This document shows, piece by piece, positions 38,933-51,728 of a stretch of 64,000 nucleotides of DNA (within the stretch, counting starts at the first letter, position 1; each line of letters begins with the position of its first letter). The position numbers were made by a program, and so were the translations under genes. This DNA is from Eledone cirrhosa (Eukaryota). Under the pieces are notes generated by a model, which saw only the letters and a list, made by a program, of their open reading frames with translations, was not told where the DNA came from and searched no databases. The stretch spans positions 210,490,001 through 210,554,000 of the forward strand of contig OZ024740.1 in NCBI GenBank assembly GCA_964016885.1, in the 5' to 3' direction.

Positions 38933-40620
38933 TCATCATCATCGTTTAACATCCATGTTCCACGCTTGCATGGGTTTGGACGGGAGTTTTCCCATTTGAG
39001 GCAAGAGTGGTTGTCTTGCTCGCATAGGACTGTCTGGCGGGTTTTCTCCAGTTGGATGCCCTTCCTAACACCAACCACATTTACAGTGTGGGACTGGGAG
39101 GTTTTTACCGTGTTGCCTACGATGTAGTCTTCTCTCGAGTAAACAACATCTGATCCCTCTTATTTCTAATTTTTCCCTTAGTTCGTTTATGCTTTGCCGT
39201 TCATGTATATTACTATTACACATCCAGCAGAGCATGCAAGCTTTGTTCCTCTCTAGTCTGCGTATATCCTCTGCACACAATGCCCAGGTCTCACTGCCAT
39301 GCAACATTGCTGTTCGTATGCAGGCATCATACAGCCTGCCTTTCATTTTTAGGAAGAACCCTTTAGCGGCTAATAGTGGTATAAGCTCTCTGAACTTTTT
39401 CCATCCAGTTCTGACTCTAGCTACTGTACTTTCAGAGCACCCTCCCCCACTGCTGATTTTGTCACCCAGGTAATGGAAGCTGTCCACTATTTCTATAGAA
39501 CCCTCTGCGCAATTGAAAGAGCTAGTATTTTGTGGGCACTTGCTGCTACTTATTGCACCAGAGCATCGGCCACATGTAAAATCTATGTTCTTAGTTAGCT
39601 TACCTGTGATCCCACTACATCTTTTATGCACACATACTTTGCATTTGGGACATAAAATGGAGTTTCTACCTACGCCTTTCCTACACACTGAGCATGGCCA
39701 TTTCCCAGAAGTGACCGCCGCCTTATTTTCTTTCCTACAAACTAGAACTTTAGTCTTAGCCAGGTTAATTTTAATGCCTTTTGATTCTAGGCCGTGCTTC
39801 CATGTTTGGAATTTCTTCTCTAGCTCGGCCATTGATTCAGCTATGAGCGTTAGATCATCTGCATATAGGAGTTCCCATGGGCAGCCGGTCTTGAACTCCA
39901 CTGTTATAGCCTGAAGGGCAATAATAAATAGTAGGAGGCTAAGAACAGAGCCCTGATGAACACCAACTTTTACGCTAAACTCTTCACTATATTCGTTGTT
40001 AATTCTAACCTTGCTGACTGTTTCTTTATACATGGCTTGTATAGCTCTCACAAGCCATTCATCAACACCTAGTTTTCTAAGAGCCCACCAGATAATGGAA
40101 CGGGGGACTCTGTCGAAGGCTTTCTCCAAGTCAACAAAAGCTAAGTAGAGGGGTTTACTTTTAGCTAGGTATTTCTCCTGTAGTTGTCGTACAATGAAAA
40201 GAGCGTCTGTGGAACTTTTGCCTGACACAAACCCGAACTGCATTTCATCTAGATCAATTCTCTCTCTGATTAGTTGCGCTATTACTTTTTCCGTGACCTT
40301 CATGATCTGGTCGATTAATTTAATGCCTCTATAGTTACCCCTATCTAGGGTGTCTCCTTTACCCTTGTAACAGTTAACGATGATGCTGCTACGCCAGTCC
40401 TTCGGAACAACCCCATTCTGTATGACTTGGTTTACTATCCGGGTGTCCCACCGTTCCAGAGGCTTTCAGCATCTCAGCAACTATTTCCGAAGGCCCAGCC
40501 GCCTTACCCGTCTTCATATCTTTGATTGCCTTACTTATTATACTACCTTCGACTAACACTGCTGGTCCCTCTATTGGGTCGATGTGGGGGAGACTGTCTT
40601 TCTCCCATTTATTCTCCTCA
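38933..40620 (-). mobile_element. 5'-truncated RTE-clade LINE with RT and PHD finger, internally deleted near the 3' end
   Basis: QFGF, FVDLEKAFD, GVHQGSVLS, YADD and YLG motifs; frameshift near 40440; joins its own 3' UTR at ~39120; (GAT)n tail. Confidence 0.93.
39065..40303 (-). pseudogene. RTE LINE reverse transcriptase ORF fragment (412 aa) with C4HC3 PHD finger
   Basis: RT motifs as above plus CSVC-x10-CPKC-x4-H-x2-C-x14-CGRC; no endonuclease domain (5' truncated). Confidence 0.9.
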
Positions 40621-40634
40621 TATATATATATATA

Positions 40635-41060
40635 AATATATATAAATGAGACGTATAGAGATTGTTTTAGCAAGAAGCTAACGGCATTCTATAACATATA
40701 TGCGACTATAACGTCAAGATGGGAAAAGTAGTTAACGAAAGATTTAGGAAAAATAACTCAAACTCATCTCAAAAGAGAATCAGGATACAAATTCAACCAC
40801 AGAATTTAGTAAAATCCATGGAAAAATCTATAGACCTTTAACTCATGATAAAACAAAGTCTGAAACACTTATCCTTCAATTTGGAATAACATCAAATGCT
40901 CTGTATAGTCTTAAAAGACTATTTCATGAAAACTTTCAGTGGAGATGGTCACGGTTGGAATATCATTCATCAGCAGAGCTCAACAGAAAACCAGGGCTCT
41001 CACAGTAATATAGTCCGAAAAAGGGAATTCTAAAACTGGCTAGTTCGCCTATACCACATA
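40635..41060 (-). mobile_element. Diverged minus-strand copy of the 622-bp hammerhead element
   Basis: Shares gacgt/catcttga, ttgaaggataagt, the hammerhead and aactagcc segments with 38390-38790; (TA)n flanks. Confidence 0.75.
40898..40979 (-). ncRNA. Type I hammerhead ribozyme motif (relative of 38458)
   Basis: Minus strand reads gctctg CTGATGA atga...tcat GAAA tagtct-ttta-agacta TA cagagc; all stems Watson-Crick. Confidence 0.83.
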
Positions 41061-41084
41061 TACCATATATAAATATATATATAT

Positions 41085-41284
41085 GTAGGCAACACGGTAA
41101 AAACCTCCCAGACCCACACTGTAAATGTGGTTGGTGTTAGGAAGGGCATCCAACTGTAGAAAACCTGCCAGACAGTCCTATGCGAGCAAGACAATCACTC
41201 TTGCCTCAAGTGGGACTACCCCCGTCCAAACCCATGCAAGCGTGGAACACGGACGTTAAACGTTGATGATGATGATGATGATGA
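41085..41284 (+). mobile_element. Solo RTE 3' UTR / SINE-tail fragment
   Basis: Inverted near-copy of 38933-39120, ending in (GAT)n. Confidence 0.8.
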
Positions 41285-42378
41285 TATATATATATACATA
41301 CATACATACATACAGGCTTTATATGAATTATGGTATCATTTCTCAGGTGAGACTCCTGGCATCAACTCTTAATTGTCTCTTATGACATGTGTAGCTATTT
41401 TATAGTGGAAATACAGATTCTAGGAAGGAAATATTTCAAGGTGAATACTAAACAGACATACACGAGGATAAACACACACATATATATACTGACATAAACA
41501 CACACATGTACAATTACATTCTGACATAAACACACATGTACAATCACATACTGATATACACACACACAGCTGAAAGAATTAGTTACAGTGGACAACAAAC
41601 ACACACATGAAGACACACACCACACACATGAAGACACACACCACACACACAAGACACACACCACAACCAATGAAGACACACACCACACACAATGAAGACA
41701 CACACCACACACAATGAAGACACACACCACATATATCATACACACGTGAAAACACACGACACACACGACATATACCATACACACGTGAAAACACACTATA
41801 CACATGACACACACCACACACCACATATACCATACACTATACACAACACACACCTAACACACCACATATAGCATACACGTGAAAACACACACTATACACA
41901 TGACACACCACATATACCATACACACGTGAAAACACACACTATACACACGACACACACATGTAGACACACAGCAGTAAGCAATTCGATCAAGGTCAACAC
42001 ACATACACACATTCATACAGAAACACACATGAAGTCAAACACAGACTTAAATATACACCAGTAAGCAATTTGAACAAGAATACACACACACACATATACA
42101 TATAACGAAGGAGTTGTGGTAAGGAACCAGGTGGACCATAACGCACCAGAGTACTCGATATTATGGGTATTAGAGTGGGTAATAGAAAAAAGTATGACCC
42201 CGACGGCAGAGCTAGAGCCGTTTCGACCCCGACGGCTTGAGCTCTGCCATCGGGGTCATACTTTTTCCTATATATATGTGTAAATGAAGTAATTCCGTCG
42301 GAAAGGTCCAGGAAAAAAGAGTGCTCTATGTAGGTTACAGAGCTTAATAGTTATGTAATAAACAACAAAAGGTAATTA

Positions 42379-42439
42379 TTTCATTTACCAGTGGTTTCTT
42401 GAGAGCAAACAAATTTTGCTTTCAATCATCAGAATGAAA
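42379..42439 (-). ncRNA. Minimal type I hammerhead ribozyme motif at the centre of a fold-back
   Basis: Minus strand reads tttcatt CTGATGA ttgaaagcaaa-atttg-tttgctctcaa GAAA ccactgg TA aatgaaa; GUA triplet; 41-bp inverted arms at 42351-42391 and 42445-42485. Confidence 0.8.
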
Positions 42440-42711
42440 AAATCCTGGTAAATGAAATAATTACCTTATGTTGTTTATTACATAAATATATATATAAATG
42501 TTATATTAACGAAGATAAAACATGCTCGCACTGCAAAAACCTTTGTGCGGGCCACACGTTTGACATGCCTGGTGTAGATCACCATAAGTGAGGCTGTGTA
42601 GTTGATAGCTGAGAGGAAGGAGTACTCAATACCTAAGTAGAGTTTTATTATTCATTTTATCACGGCTGAATAGTGAGTCTTGTTACTCTGGAGTAGCCTT
42701 AATAAAATGAT

Positions 42712-42753
<42 letters not shown>

Positions 42754-43099
42754 ATCATTTTATATATATATATATATATATCATTTTATGTCCGCTTTTC
42801 CCTACTTGCAAGGGTGGGATGCACAGCATCTCTCCATTCGCCACGGTCCTTCGAATATATACACACACACATTCCATATACATGAAATTAAACATAGTCG
42901 AACAGCGACCACACAGACACACACACACAGACAGACAGACAGACACACACAGATAGACAGACAGACAGACACACAAGTAAAGAGACAGAACATATAGAGA
43001 CCAATATAGACATTTAGTGAAGGTGAACAACAACAGCTAAGAGATGCAGAATATTGAAGAGATGATAGACTGTTTCCAATAGCAACAACTGTCCATCTT

Positions 43100-44490
43100 A
43101 GTTGGTTGGTGGGTTGGTTAGTTGGCTGGTTGGTTGGTTGGTTGGTGGGCTGGTGGGTTGGTTGGTGGGCTGGTTGGTTGGTTGGTGGGCTGGTGGGTTG
43201 GTTGGTGGGCTGGTGGGTTGGTTGGTGGGCTGGTGGGTTGGTTGGTGGGCTGGTTGGTTGGTTGGTGGGCTGGTTGGTTGGTTGGTGGGCTGGTTGGTTG
43301 GTTGGTGGGTTGGTTGGTGGGCTGGTTGGTTGGTTGGTGGGTTGGTTGGTGGGCTGGTTGGTTGGTTGGTGGGCTGGTAGGTTGGTTGGTGGGCTGGTGG
43401 GTTGGTTGGTGGGCTGGTGGGTTGGTTGGTGGGCTGGTGGGTTGGTTAGTTGGCTGGTTGGTTGGTGGGTTGGTTAGTTGGCTGGTTGGTTGGTGGGCTG
43501 GTTGGTTGGTTGGTGGGCTGGTGGGTTGGTTGGTTGGCTGGTTGGTTGGTTGGTGGGCTGGTTGGTTGGTGGGCTGGTGGGTTGGTTGGTTGGTTGGTTG
43601 GTTGGTGGGCTGGTGGGTTGGTTGGTTTGTTGGTGGGCTGGTTGGTTGGTTGGACAGCTGGTTGGTGGGCTGGTGGGTTGGTTAGTTGGCTGGTTGGTTG
43701 GTTGGTGGGCTGGTTGGTTGGTTGGTGGGCTGGTTGGTTGGTTGGTTGGTTGGTGGGCTGGTTGGTTGGTTGGTTGGCTGATGGGTTGGTTGGTTGGCTG
43801 GTTGGTTGGTGGGCTGGTTGGTTGGCTGGTGGGTTGGTTGGTTGGCTGGTGGGTTGGTTGGTGGGCTGGTTGGTTGGTTGGTGGGCTGGTGGGTTGGTTG
43901 GTTGGCTGGTGGGTTGGTTGGTGGGCTGGTTGGTTGGTGGGCTGGTTGGTTGGTTGGTGGGCTGGTTGGTTGGTTGGTGGGCTGGTTGGTGGGTTGGTGG
44001 GCTGGTTGGTTGGTTGGTGGGTTGGTTGGTGGGCTGGTGGGTTGGTTGGTGGGCTGGTTGGTTGGTGGGCTGGTGGGTTGGCTGGTGGGCTGGTGGGTTG
44101 GTTGGTGGGCTGGTGGGTTGGTTGGACAGCTGGTTGGTGGGTTGGTTGGATGGTGGGCTGGTGAGTTGGTTGGTGGGTTGGTTGGACGGTTGGTGGGTTG
44201 GTTGGACGGTTGGTGGGTTGGTTGGACGGCTGGTTGGTTGGTTGGATGGCTGGTTGGTGGGTTGGTTGGTTAGTTGGTAGGTAGGTAGGTAGGTAGGTAG
44301 GTAGGTTAGTTGGTTGGTTGGTTGGACGGTTGGTTGGTTGAATGGTTGGTTGGTTAGTTGGATGGTTGGACGGCTGGTTGGTTGGTTGAATGGTTGGTTG
44401 GTTCGTGGGTTGGTTGGTGGGATGGTAGGTTGGTTGGTTGGTAGGTTGATTGGCTGGTAGGTTGGTTGGTGGGATGGTAGGTTGGTTGGA
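43100..44490. repeat. (GGTT/GGCT/GGTG)n microsatellite
   Basis: Tetranucleotide variants; source of the GWLV ORFs. Confidence 0.95.
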
Positions 44491-44924
44491 CTGTCAGTAG
44501 AGGATCAATACTGCACACTGTTGCAACAAAACATCTCTACTGACACTCAATGACAGCTGCTGTCTTGTCAAGCAGCAGGTATAAGAAGCACAAGGCAGAT
44601 GTTTAAAACACACATACACACTTTGTCTATAGTCATACACACACACACATTCTCTTTCCTAGGTTTCCATTTTCGGTGATGGTGACTAGAAATTCAAATT
44701 TATATTTTAAAAAAATAATAATAATAAATAAATAATGATAATAAATAAATAAATGATAATAATATTAAATAAATAAATAAATAATTAAATACAAAAGTGA
44801 AGCAGCAACTGACATTTCAGAAATATTAGTTTGAAATTTCAAATCTGAGAATTTGATTAACTCTTTAGAGACCAGCTTCATTAAATACGCGAGATCACCT
44901 CAGGTTTTGTTATATATATATCAC

Positions 44925-45136
44925 CTTGACCGACCAGTCTGTCGGGTGCCAATCGGCGCTGCTGGTCACAGCACGTCGTCCTGTTTTAGCCGGTACTCAT
45001 TTCTACAGCTGAGTAAACTGGAGCAATGTGAAATAAAGTGTCTTGCTCAAGGAAACAACACATCACCCAGTCCAAGAATTGAACTCACAACCTTTCGATT
45101 GCAAGCTCAATGCTCTAACCACTAAGCCATGCGCCT

Positions 45137-45139
<3 letters not shown>
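44925..45139 (-). mobile_element. SINE family B head and core with a different 3' part
   Basis: Reverse complement of the A/B boxes and CORE-like segment, followed by a different tail (ccgacagactggtcggtcaagg). Confidence 0.75.
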
Positions 45140-45196
<57 letters not shown>

Positions 45197-45394
45197 TATA
45201 TAATCATCAATCTATCTATCTATCATCATATCATCAATATCTCTCTCTCGTATAGATGTGTGCGTGCGTGCGTGCGTGCGTGCGTGCATCAGTTTCTAGA
45301 AATAGAAAGAGACAACTAAAAGACTTGGCATCAGGGACATCCAACTGTATATCACTAACTCAAGAATTCATATCCAATGGAAGCTGGCATGGAG

Positions 45395-45787
45395 CATCAT
45401 CATCATCACCATTTTACGTCCGTTCTTCCACGCTAGCATGGGTTAGACGGGTTGTCCTGTTGCGGGCAGTGTCCGGTCGGCTGACCATGTCTTGCTCATA
45501 CGGGAACAGATTCTGGCTTGATTTCTACAGCTGGATGCCCTTCCTAACACCAACCTCATTTACAGTGTGGGCTAGGTGCTTTTTTGCCGTGGCACTTCCA
45601 TGACCACTTTACAGTGGAATGATAGGGACTAGGGTCCCTATCATCTCATTTCTACAGCTGAGTAAACTGGAGCAATGTGAAATAAAGTGTCTTGCTCAAG
45701 GAAACAACACATCACCTGGTCTGAGAATTGAACTCACAACCTTTCGATTGCAAGCCCAATGCTCTAACCACTAAGCCATGTGCCTTC
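45395..45787 (-). mobile_element. SINE family B, full length
   Basis: Reverse complement of the 28745/37536 type, with (GAT)n tail. Confidence 0.87.
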
Positions 45788-46151
45788 ATCAGTAGAGCAG
45801 TAGATATAAAAACAATGATCATGGTGATGATATCTTGTAGACTCAGTAAAGTGGTTGGTGATCGAACACAGACATGAAAATGAGGGGGGGGGGTTCAAAT
45901 TGACACAGTGGTCCCACTGAGGAGACAACCTCTCTAGAGATGGTGCCACCATAACATACACCCTGTGTATGCTATGTACATACATCTGTGTCAATGTTTA
46001 TATTGTGCCCCTTTATATGTCCATAACTTAGCTGTTCAACAAGTAGAGATTGATAAAATAAGCTACCAGAGGGGGGTTGACAGGATTGACCAAAACTTTT
46101 GTAGATGATACAGACCAACAGACAGGACTTAGACTATACTGATAGATACAT

Positions 46152-46470
46152 GACACTACCTAGCAACCACATTGATGCTTATATTATATCACCTAGCAAC
46201 CACACTGATGGTTACACTACATCACCTAGCAACCACATTAATGGTTACACTACATCACCTAGCAACCACACTGATGGTTACACTACATCACCTAGCAACC
46301 ACATTAATGGTTACACTACATCACCTAGCAACCACATTGATGGTTACACTAAATCACCTAGCAACCGCATTAATAGTTACATTACATCATCTAGCAACCA
46401 CATTAATAGTTACATTACATCACCTAGCAACCACATTAATGGTTACACTAAATCACCTAGCAACCACACT
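46152..46470. repeat. 33-bp minisatellite (tcacctagcaaccacattaatggttacactaca)n
   Basis: About 9.5 copies, followed by a degraded RTE remnant (~46480-46750, minus strand). Confidence 0.9.
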
Positions 46471-48554
46471 GGGATTTCCTGGCATTTCTTCACTCATTGG
46501 TCATTATTCATGTGCATCACATGTCCACAAACCAATGCAGTCTCCTGCACACCATCTCGGACACCCCTTAAAACCCAGCTTCTCTCCTGGCTCGGTCAAT
46601 GTCCTGCCTTTCTCTCACACTTACATTGCACATCCAATGAAACATGGTAGCTTCAATTCTTCCAGTCTACACATGTCCTCTGCTGTCACAGCCCATGTTT
46701 CACTACCATGCAGCATTGCATACATCACACAGCCTTCCTGTTGTACACAGGGAGAAACCTTATGTATATATATACGGGATGTTACTAGTTAAGACCAGAA
46801 AGACTTCTGTTTAGCTCAGTACCCTATACTTAGGAAAGTAGTGTGTAGGCTTTATAATGATTTCCTGCCCTACAGTTGAGCTCTTACTGTTCCGACAGCA
46901 AGTGTTATCCACCGGCTGTCAAAACGGTAAGAGCTCATCTGTAGGGCAGACAATCATAACATATATACACACACACACAGAGAAAATAAAAGTTGAATGA
47001 ATGATCATAGTTAAAATGTGTCATATTTCTGAAGGTAATAGTGGAGTAAGCTGTGATTCATGTAATGTGTGTGTTGGAGGGAGGGGGGATCCTCTCTTCA
47101 GTAGAGGAATGTAGCTAGAGAAAATGAAGGAAATATGGAGGGAAGGGACCAGCTAATTACAGAAGAGGAGAAAAAGATGGGGGTGAGAAGGGGAAAGCAC
47201 CACATAAAAAAGACACACACACATAGAGACTCATCACAAATACTCCAACATACAGACATACAGAGGTAGACATTGCTGCACTTACAGGTAGGAATTTAAT
47301 TAGTTAAAATATTCCTATAGAAAATAATTAAATGGAAGAATTATTTTCAAGATGAAGGAAAAGTGATTGTATTGTAACAGGGTGACGGCACACAGACATT
47401 AGTGACTCATAGCAAGGAGATTGTGGGTGACAGAGGACATTGAGACATGGCCAGGTGGACAATGGCTGTCTCATAGGAAGGTGTTTGTAGGTGACACTGG
47501 ACATTGGCTGTCTCATAGGAAGGTGATTGTGGGTGACACTGGACACTGGGGTGAGTGGGGTTTAAACAGGAAAGGGAACAAAGCTTGGCCACAATAAAGA
47601 CCATAGATATGGTATAGTGGTCACTGTGTATGGACAGTGTTGTTGGTCAGCTGTTATTGTTCTTATTACTTAGACTCAGTTCTACATATCTTTAAAGATA
47701 TTCCAACCATGACCATCATATCTTGTCTGATCTGTTTTTCCTTTTAACCCCTTATAACAAATCACACAAAACCACCCCTGGTTCTATCTATGATGCAAAA
47801 CTGTCCATTTTAATCCTTTAGCATTTAAAATGGTCGTAACTGGCCACTCATATTGATGTTAAGGTATTGTTCTCAAAATATTATCAAAATCTCATAGATT
47901 TGATATTATGTGAGATAAAGTCTTTACTGTGAAAATACAATAGTAAATATATAGTAATGTAAATACTGAAGGGTTCAACAGTTCCTACATATATTAAAAC
48001 TTATAATTTTTTTATGTAAGAAGTTTTTAAGTTAGGTTACAAACACCAGCTTAATAATAAACTAATTAATGTTGGTCAACATTATACTGTATTGTTGACA
48101 CTTAGTTAATTAGATATATTATGTTGCCCACCTCTTGGTCCTGGCTGACAAGATGGAGAAAATATTACCCCAGAGGATGGTGAGGGAGACACGCTGGAGT
48201 GGGGCTCGCACCTGTGAGTAGCCAACTCCACTCAGGGATGTGGTCCAGGGGTTTAGGACGCTAGAAATCTCCACTGAATTATTTTACTAAATTCATCCAA
48301 ATACTTGATCATCTTCAAAATGAATTGAAACACATTGACAGTGGTATTAGAAATATGGTAATGAATGGGTTATCTGAGGGAATCTCAGGCTGTTATTTCT
48401 AACAGATTGAGTTATCACGACAAGACTTCTTTGTTGCCTCCTGGAAGGTGAGATATCTGCTGGTGGTGGTGGTGGTGGTGGTAGCGGTGGTAGTAGTAAT
48501 AGTAGAACTATCCATTTACTGATCATCTGGGTTGAATGAACATGATGGTGTTAG

Positions 48555-50203
48555 TCACTAACCATGTTGTTAAATCCTAGGTCACCACTGACCATGTGTT
48601 GTTGTTGTTAAACCCTAGGTCACCACTGACCATGTGTTGTTAAACCCTAGGTCACCACTGACCATGTTGTTGTTGTTAAACCCTAGGTCACCACTGACCA
48701 TGTGTTGTTAAACCCTAGGTCACCACTGACCATGTTGTTGTTAAACCCTAGGTCACCACTGACCATGTGTTGTTAAACCCTAGGTCACCACTGACCATGT
48801 GTTGTTGTTAAACCCTAGGTCACCACTGACCATGTGTTGTTAAACCCTAGGTCACCACTGACCATGTGTTGTTAAACCCTAGGTCACCACTGACCATGTG
48901 TTGTTAAACCCTACGTCACCACTGACCATGTGTTGTTAAATCCTAGGTCAACAGTAACCATGTGTTGTTAAACCCTAGGTCACCACTGACCATGTGTTGT
49001 TGTTAAACCCTACGTCACCACTGACCATGTGTTGTTAAACCCTAGGTCACCACTGACCATGTGTTGTTAAACCCTACGTCACCACTGACCATGTGTTGTT
49101 AAACCCTAGGTCACCACTGACCATGTGTTGTTGTTAAACCCTACGTCACCACTGACCATGTGTTAAACCCTACGTCACCACTGACCATGTGTTGTTAAAC
49201 CCTAGGTCACCACTGACCATGTGTTGTTAAACCCTAGGTCACCACTGACCATGTGTTGTTAAACCCTAGGTCACCACTGACCATGTGTTGTTGTTAAACC
49301 CTAGGTCACCACTGACCATGTGTTGTTAAACCCTAGGTCACCACTGACCATGTGTTGTTAAACCCTAGGTCACCACTGACCATGTGTTGTTGTTAAACCC
49401 TACGTCACCACTGACCATGTGTTGTTAAATCCTAGGTCAACAGTAACCATGTGTTGTTAAACCCTAGGTCACCACTGACCATGTGTTGTTGTTAAACCCT
49501 ACGTCACCACTGACCATGTGTTGTTAAACCCTAGGTCACCACTGACCATGTGTTGTTAAACCCTAGGTCACCACTGACCATGTGTTGTTGTTAAACCCTA
49601 CGTCACCACTGACCATGTGTTGTTAAACCCTACGTCACCACTGACCATGTGTTAAACCCTACGTCACCACTGACCATGTGTTGTTAAACCCTAGGTCACC
49701 ACTGACCATGTGTTGTTAAACCCTAGGTCACCACTGACCATGTGTTGTTAAACCCTAGGTCACCACTGACCATGTTGTTGTTGTTAAACCCTAGGTCACC
49801 ACTGACCATGTGTTGTTAAACCCTAGGTCACCACTGACCATGTGTTGTTGTTGTTAAACCCTAGGTCACCACTGACCATGTGTTGTTAAACCCTAGGTCA
49901 CCACTGACCATGTGTTGTTAAACCCTAGGTCACCACTGACCATGTGTTGTTAAACCCTACGTCACCACTGACCATGTATTGTTAAACCCTAGGTCACCAC
50001 TGACCATGTATTGTTAAACCCTACGTCACCACTGACCATGTATTGTTAAACCCTACGTCACCACTGACCATGTATTGTTAAACCCTAGGTCACCACTGAC
50101 CATGTGTTGTTAAACCCTACGTCACCACTGACCATGTGTTGTTAAACCCTAGGTCACCACTGACCATGTATTGTTAAATCCTAGGTCAACAGTAACCATG
50201 TGT
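48555..50203. repeat. 32-bp minisatellite (gtgttgttaaaccctaggtcaccactgaccat)n
   Basis: About 50 copies; runs into a dispersed-repeat start (gttgtttagcccc). Confidence 0.95.
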
Positions 50204-50291
50204 ATGCTGTTGTTGTTTAGCCCCGAGAGAGCAGACCATTATATTTAGACCAAAGGTCACTCCAGCCATGACTAGTCCATTATTCTAGAAT

Positions 50292-50490
50292 GTGGTGAAT
50301 TGTCAGTATCGGTAGAAGATCGGACGCCATGCTTTAGCAGAGTTACGTCAGAGTTACGTCCCTTTACGTTCTGAGTTCAAATCCCGCCGAGCTTAACTTT
50401 GCCTTTCATCCTTACGGGGTCGATAAAATAAAGTACCAGTAATGTCCTGAGATAATTACTGGCCTTGTGCCAAAAGTAGAAACAATTATT
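50292..50490 (+). mobile_element. SINE family A
   Basis: Same boxes and central domain as the 8214 copy; ttattctagaat on both sides (target-site duplication). Confidence 0.85.
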
Positions 50491-50794
50491 CTAGAATAGT
50501 CTACTGGAGACTACATTATCCAATATATCTTTTCTATAAGATGTTGGATGTGATTTGAAAAAGATTTCACAGCTATTTCTAGAAGGTGAAGTGACTATAT
50601 AAAGGCTCTGTTGCTGGGTCATGTCAGTGTAGTTGTGAGGAGACATGAATGGTGTGCACTAAGAACAATCACTAATTATCACTGGTAATTGCTATGTAAT
50701 TACATTTCATTAGCTCCACACTTTAAACACACACAAACACACACACACACACACACAAACACACACGGAACATCCATCATCATCTACAATCACA

Positions 50795-51097
50795 TCACTC
50801 ACCACCCCTACCATCACAATACTACTACCACCACCCCTACCATCACAGTACTACCACCACCACCACCACCACAATACTACCACCACCACCCCTACCATCA
50901 CAATACTACTACCACCACCCCTACCATCACAGTACTACCACCACCACCACCCCTACCATCACAATACTACCACCACCACCACCCCTACCATCACAATACT
51001 ACTACCACCACCCCTACCATCACAGTACTACCACCACCACCACCACCCCTACCATCACAATACTACCACCACCACCCCTACCATCACAATACTACTA
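50795..51097. repeat. Low-complexity (cca/tac)-rich tandem repeat
   Basis: Repeating ccaccacccctaccatcacaatactac. Confidence 0.85.
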
Positions 51098-51476
51098 ATG
51101 CCAACTAACATCATCCCCACCACCACTAATGCTGCCTTCAACACTACTAGCCCCACCACTACAAAGATTACTATCAGTACCATTTCAAAGAGACCTTTTT
51201 AGCTAGTACAATAGGAATATCTAATAATCTTGACAGGGGCGGGGGGAGGGGGACATGCAGCATTTGTACACCCCCCCCCCCCCCCCCTCCAACTTCTCTG
51301 TTACACATTGGAGATAGTGAAGCATGTGTGGGTCTGTGTGTGTAGTATGAGTGTATTTATTTGCATATACATATATGTGTGTGTGTGTATGTGTTTGAGT
51401 GTGTGTATATGTAGACATATGTGTGTGTGTGTATGTGTTTGAGTGTGTGTATATGTAGACATATGTGTGTGTATGC

Positions 51477-51507
<31 letters not shown>

Positions 51508-51728
51508 TCTATGTCTCAATTCAATAATTCAATGTATGTAAGAAATATTGGTACATTGTAAATGTAAAATGAAAGACATATCCTTGCAGTATATATACAC
51601 ACACACACACACCTGTATGTCAGAATGGGGGAAGACAAAGAGGAGGAAGAGAGGGGGGGGGGATATAGAGGGGGAGAGAGAGTGTGTGTTTGTTTGTTTG
51701 TTTCCAGTGGGTCAGGAGGAAATGTAAT

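Noticed and set aside
43102-44280. Gly/Trp-rich ORFs, and similar His-rich (25892) and Pro/Thr-rich (50689, 52789) ORFs
   Set aside because: Microsatellite translations.
10450-50203. CRISPR-like appearance of the 27-42 bp repeats
   Set aside because: Units are head-to-tail with no unique spacers; no cas genes; eukaryotic context.
48555-50203. Telomere-like taaacccta in the 32-bp unit
   Set aside because: Single motif per unit, explained by the dispersed-repeat seed.
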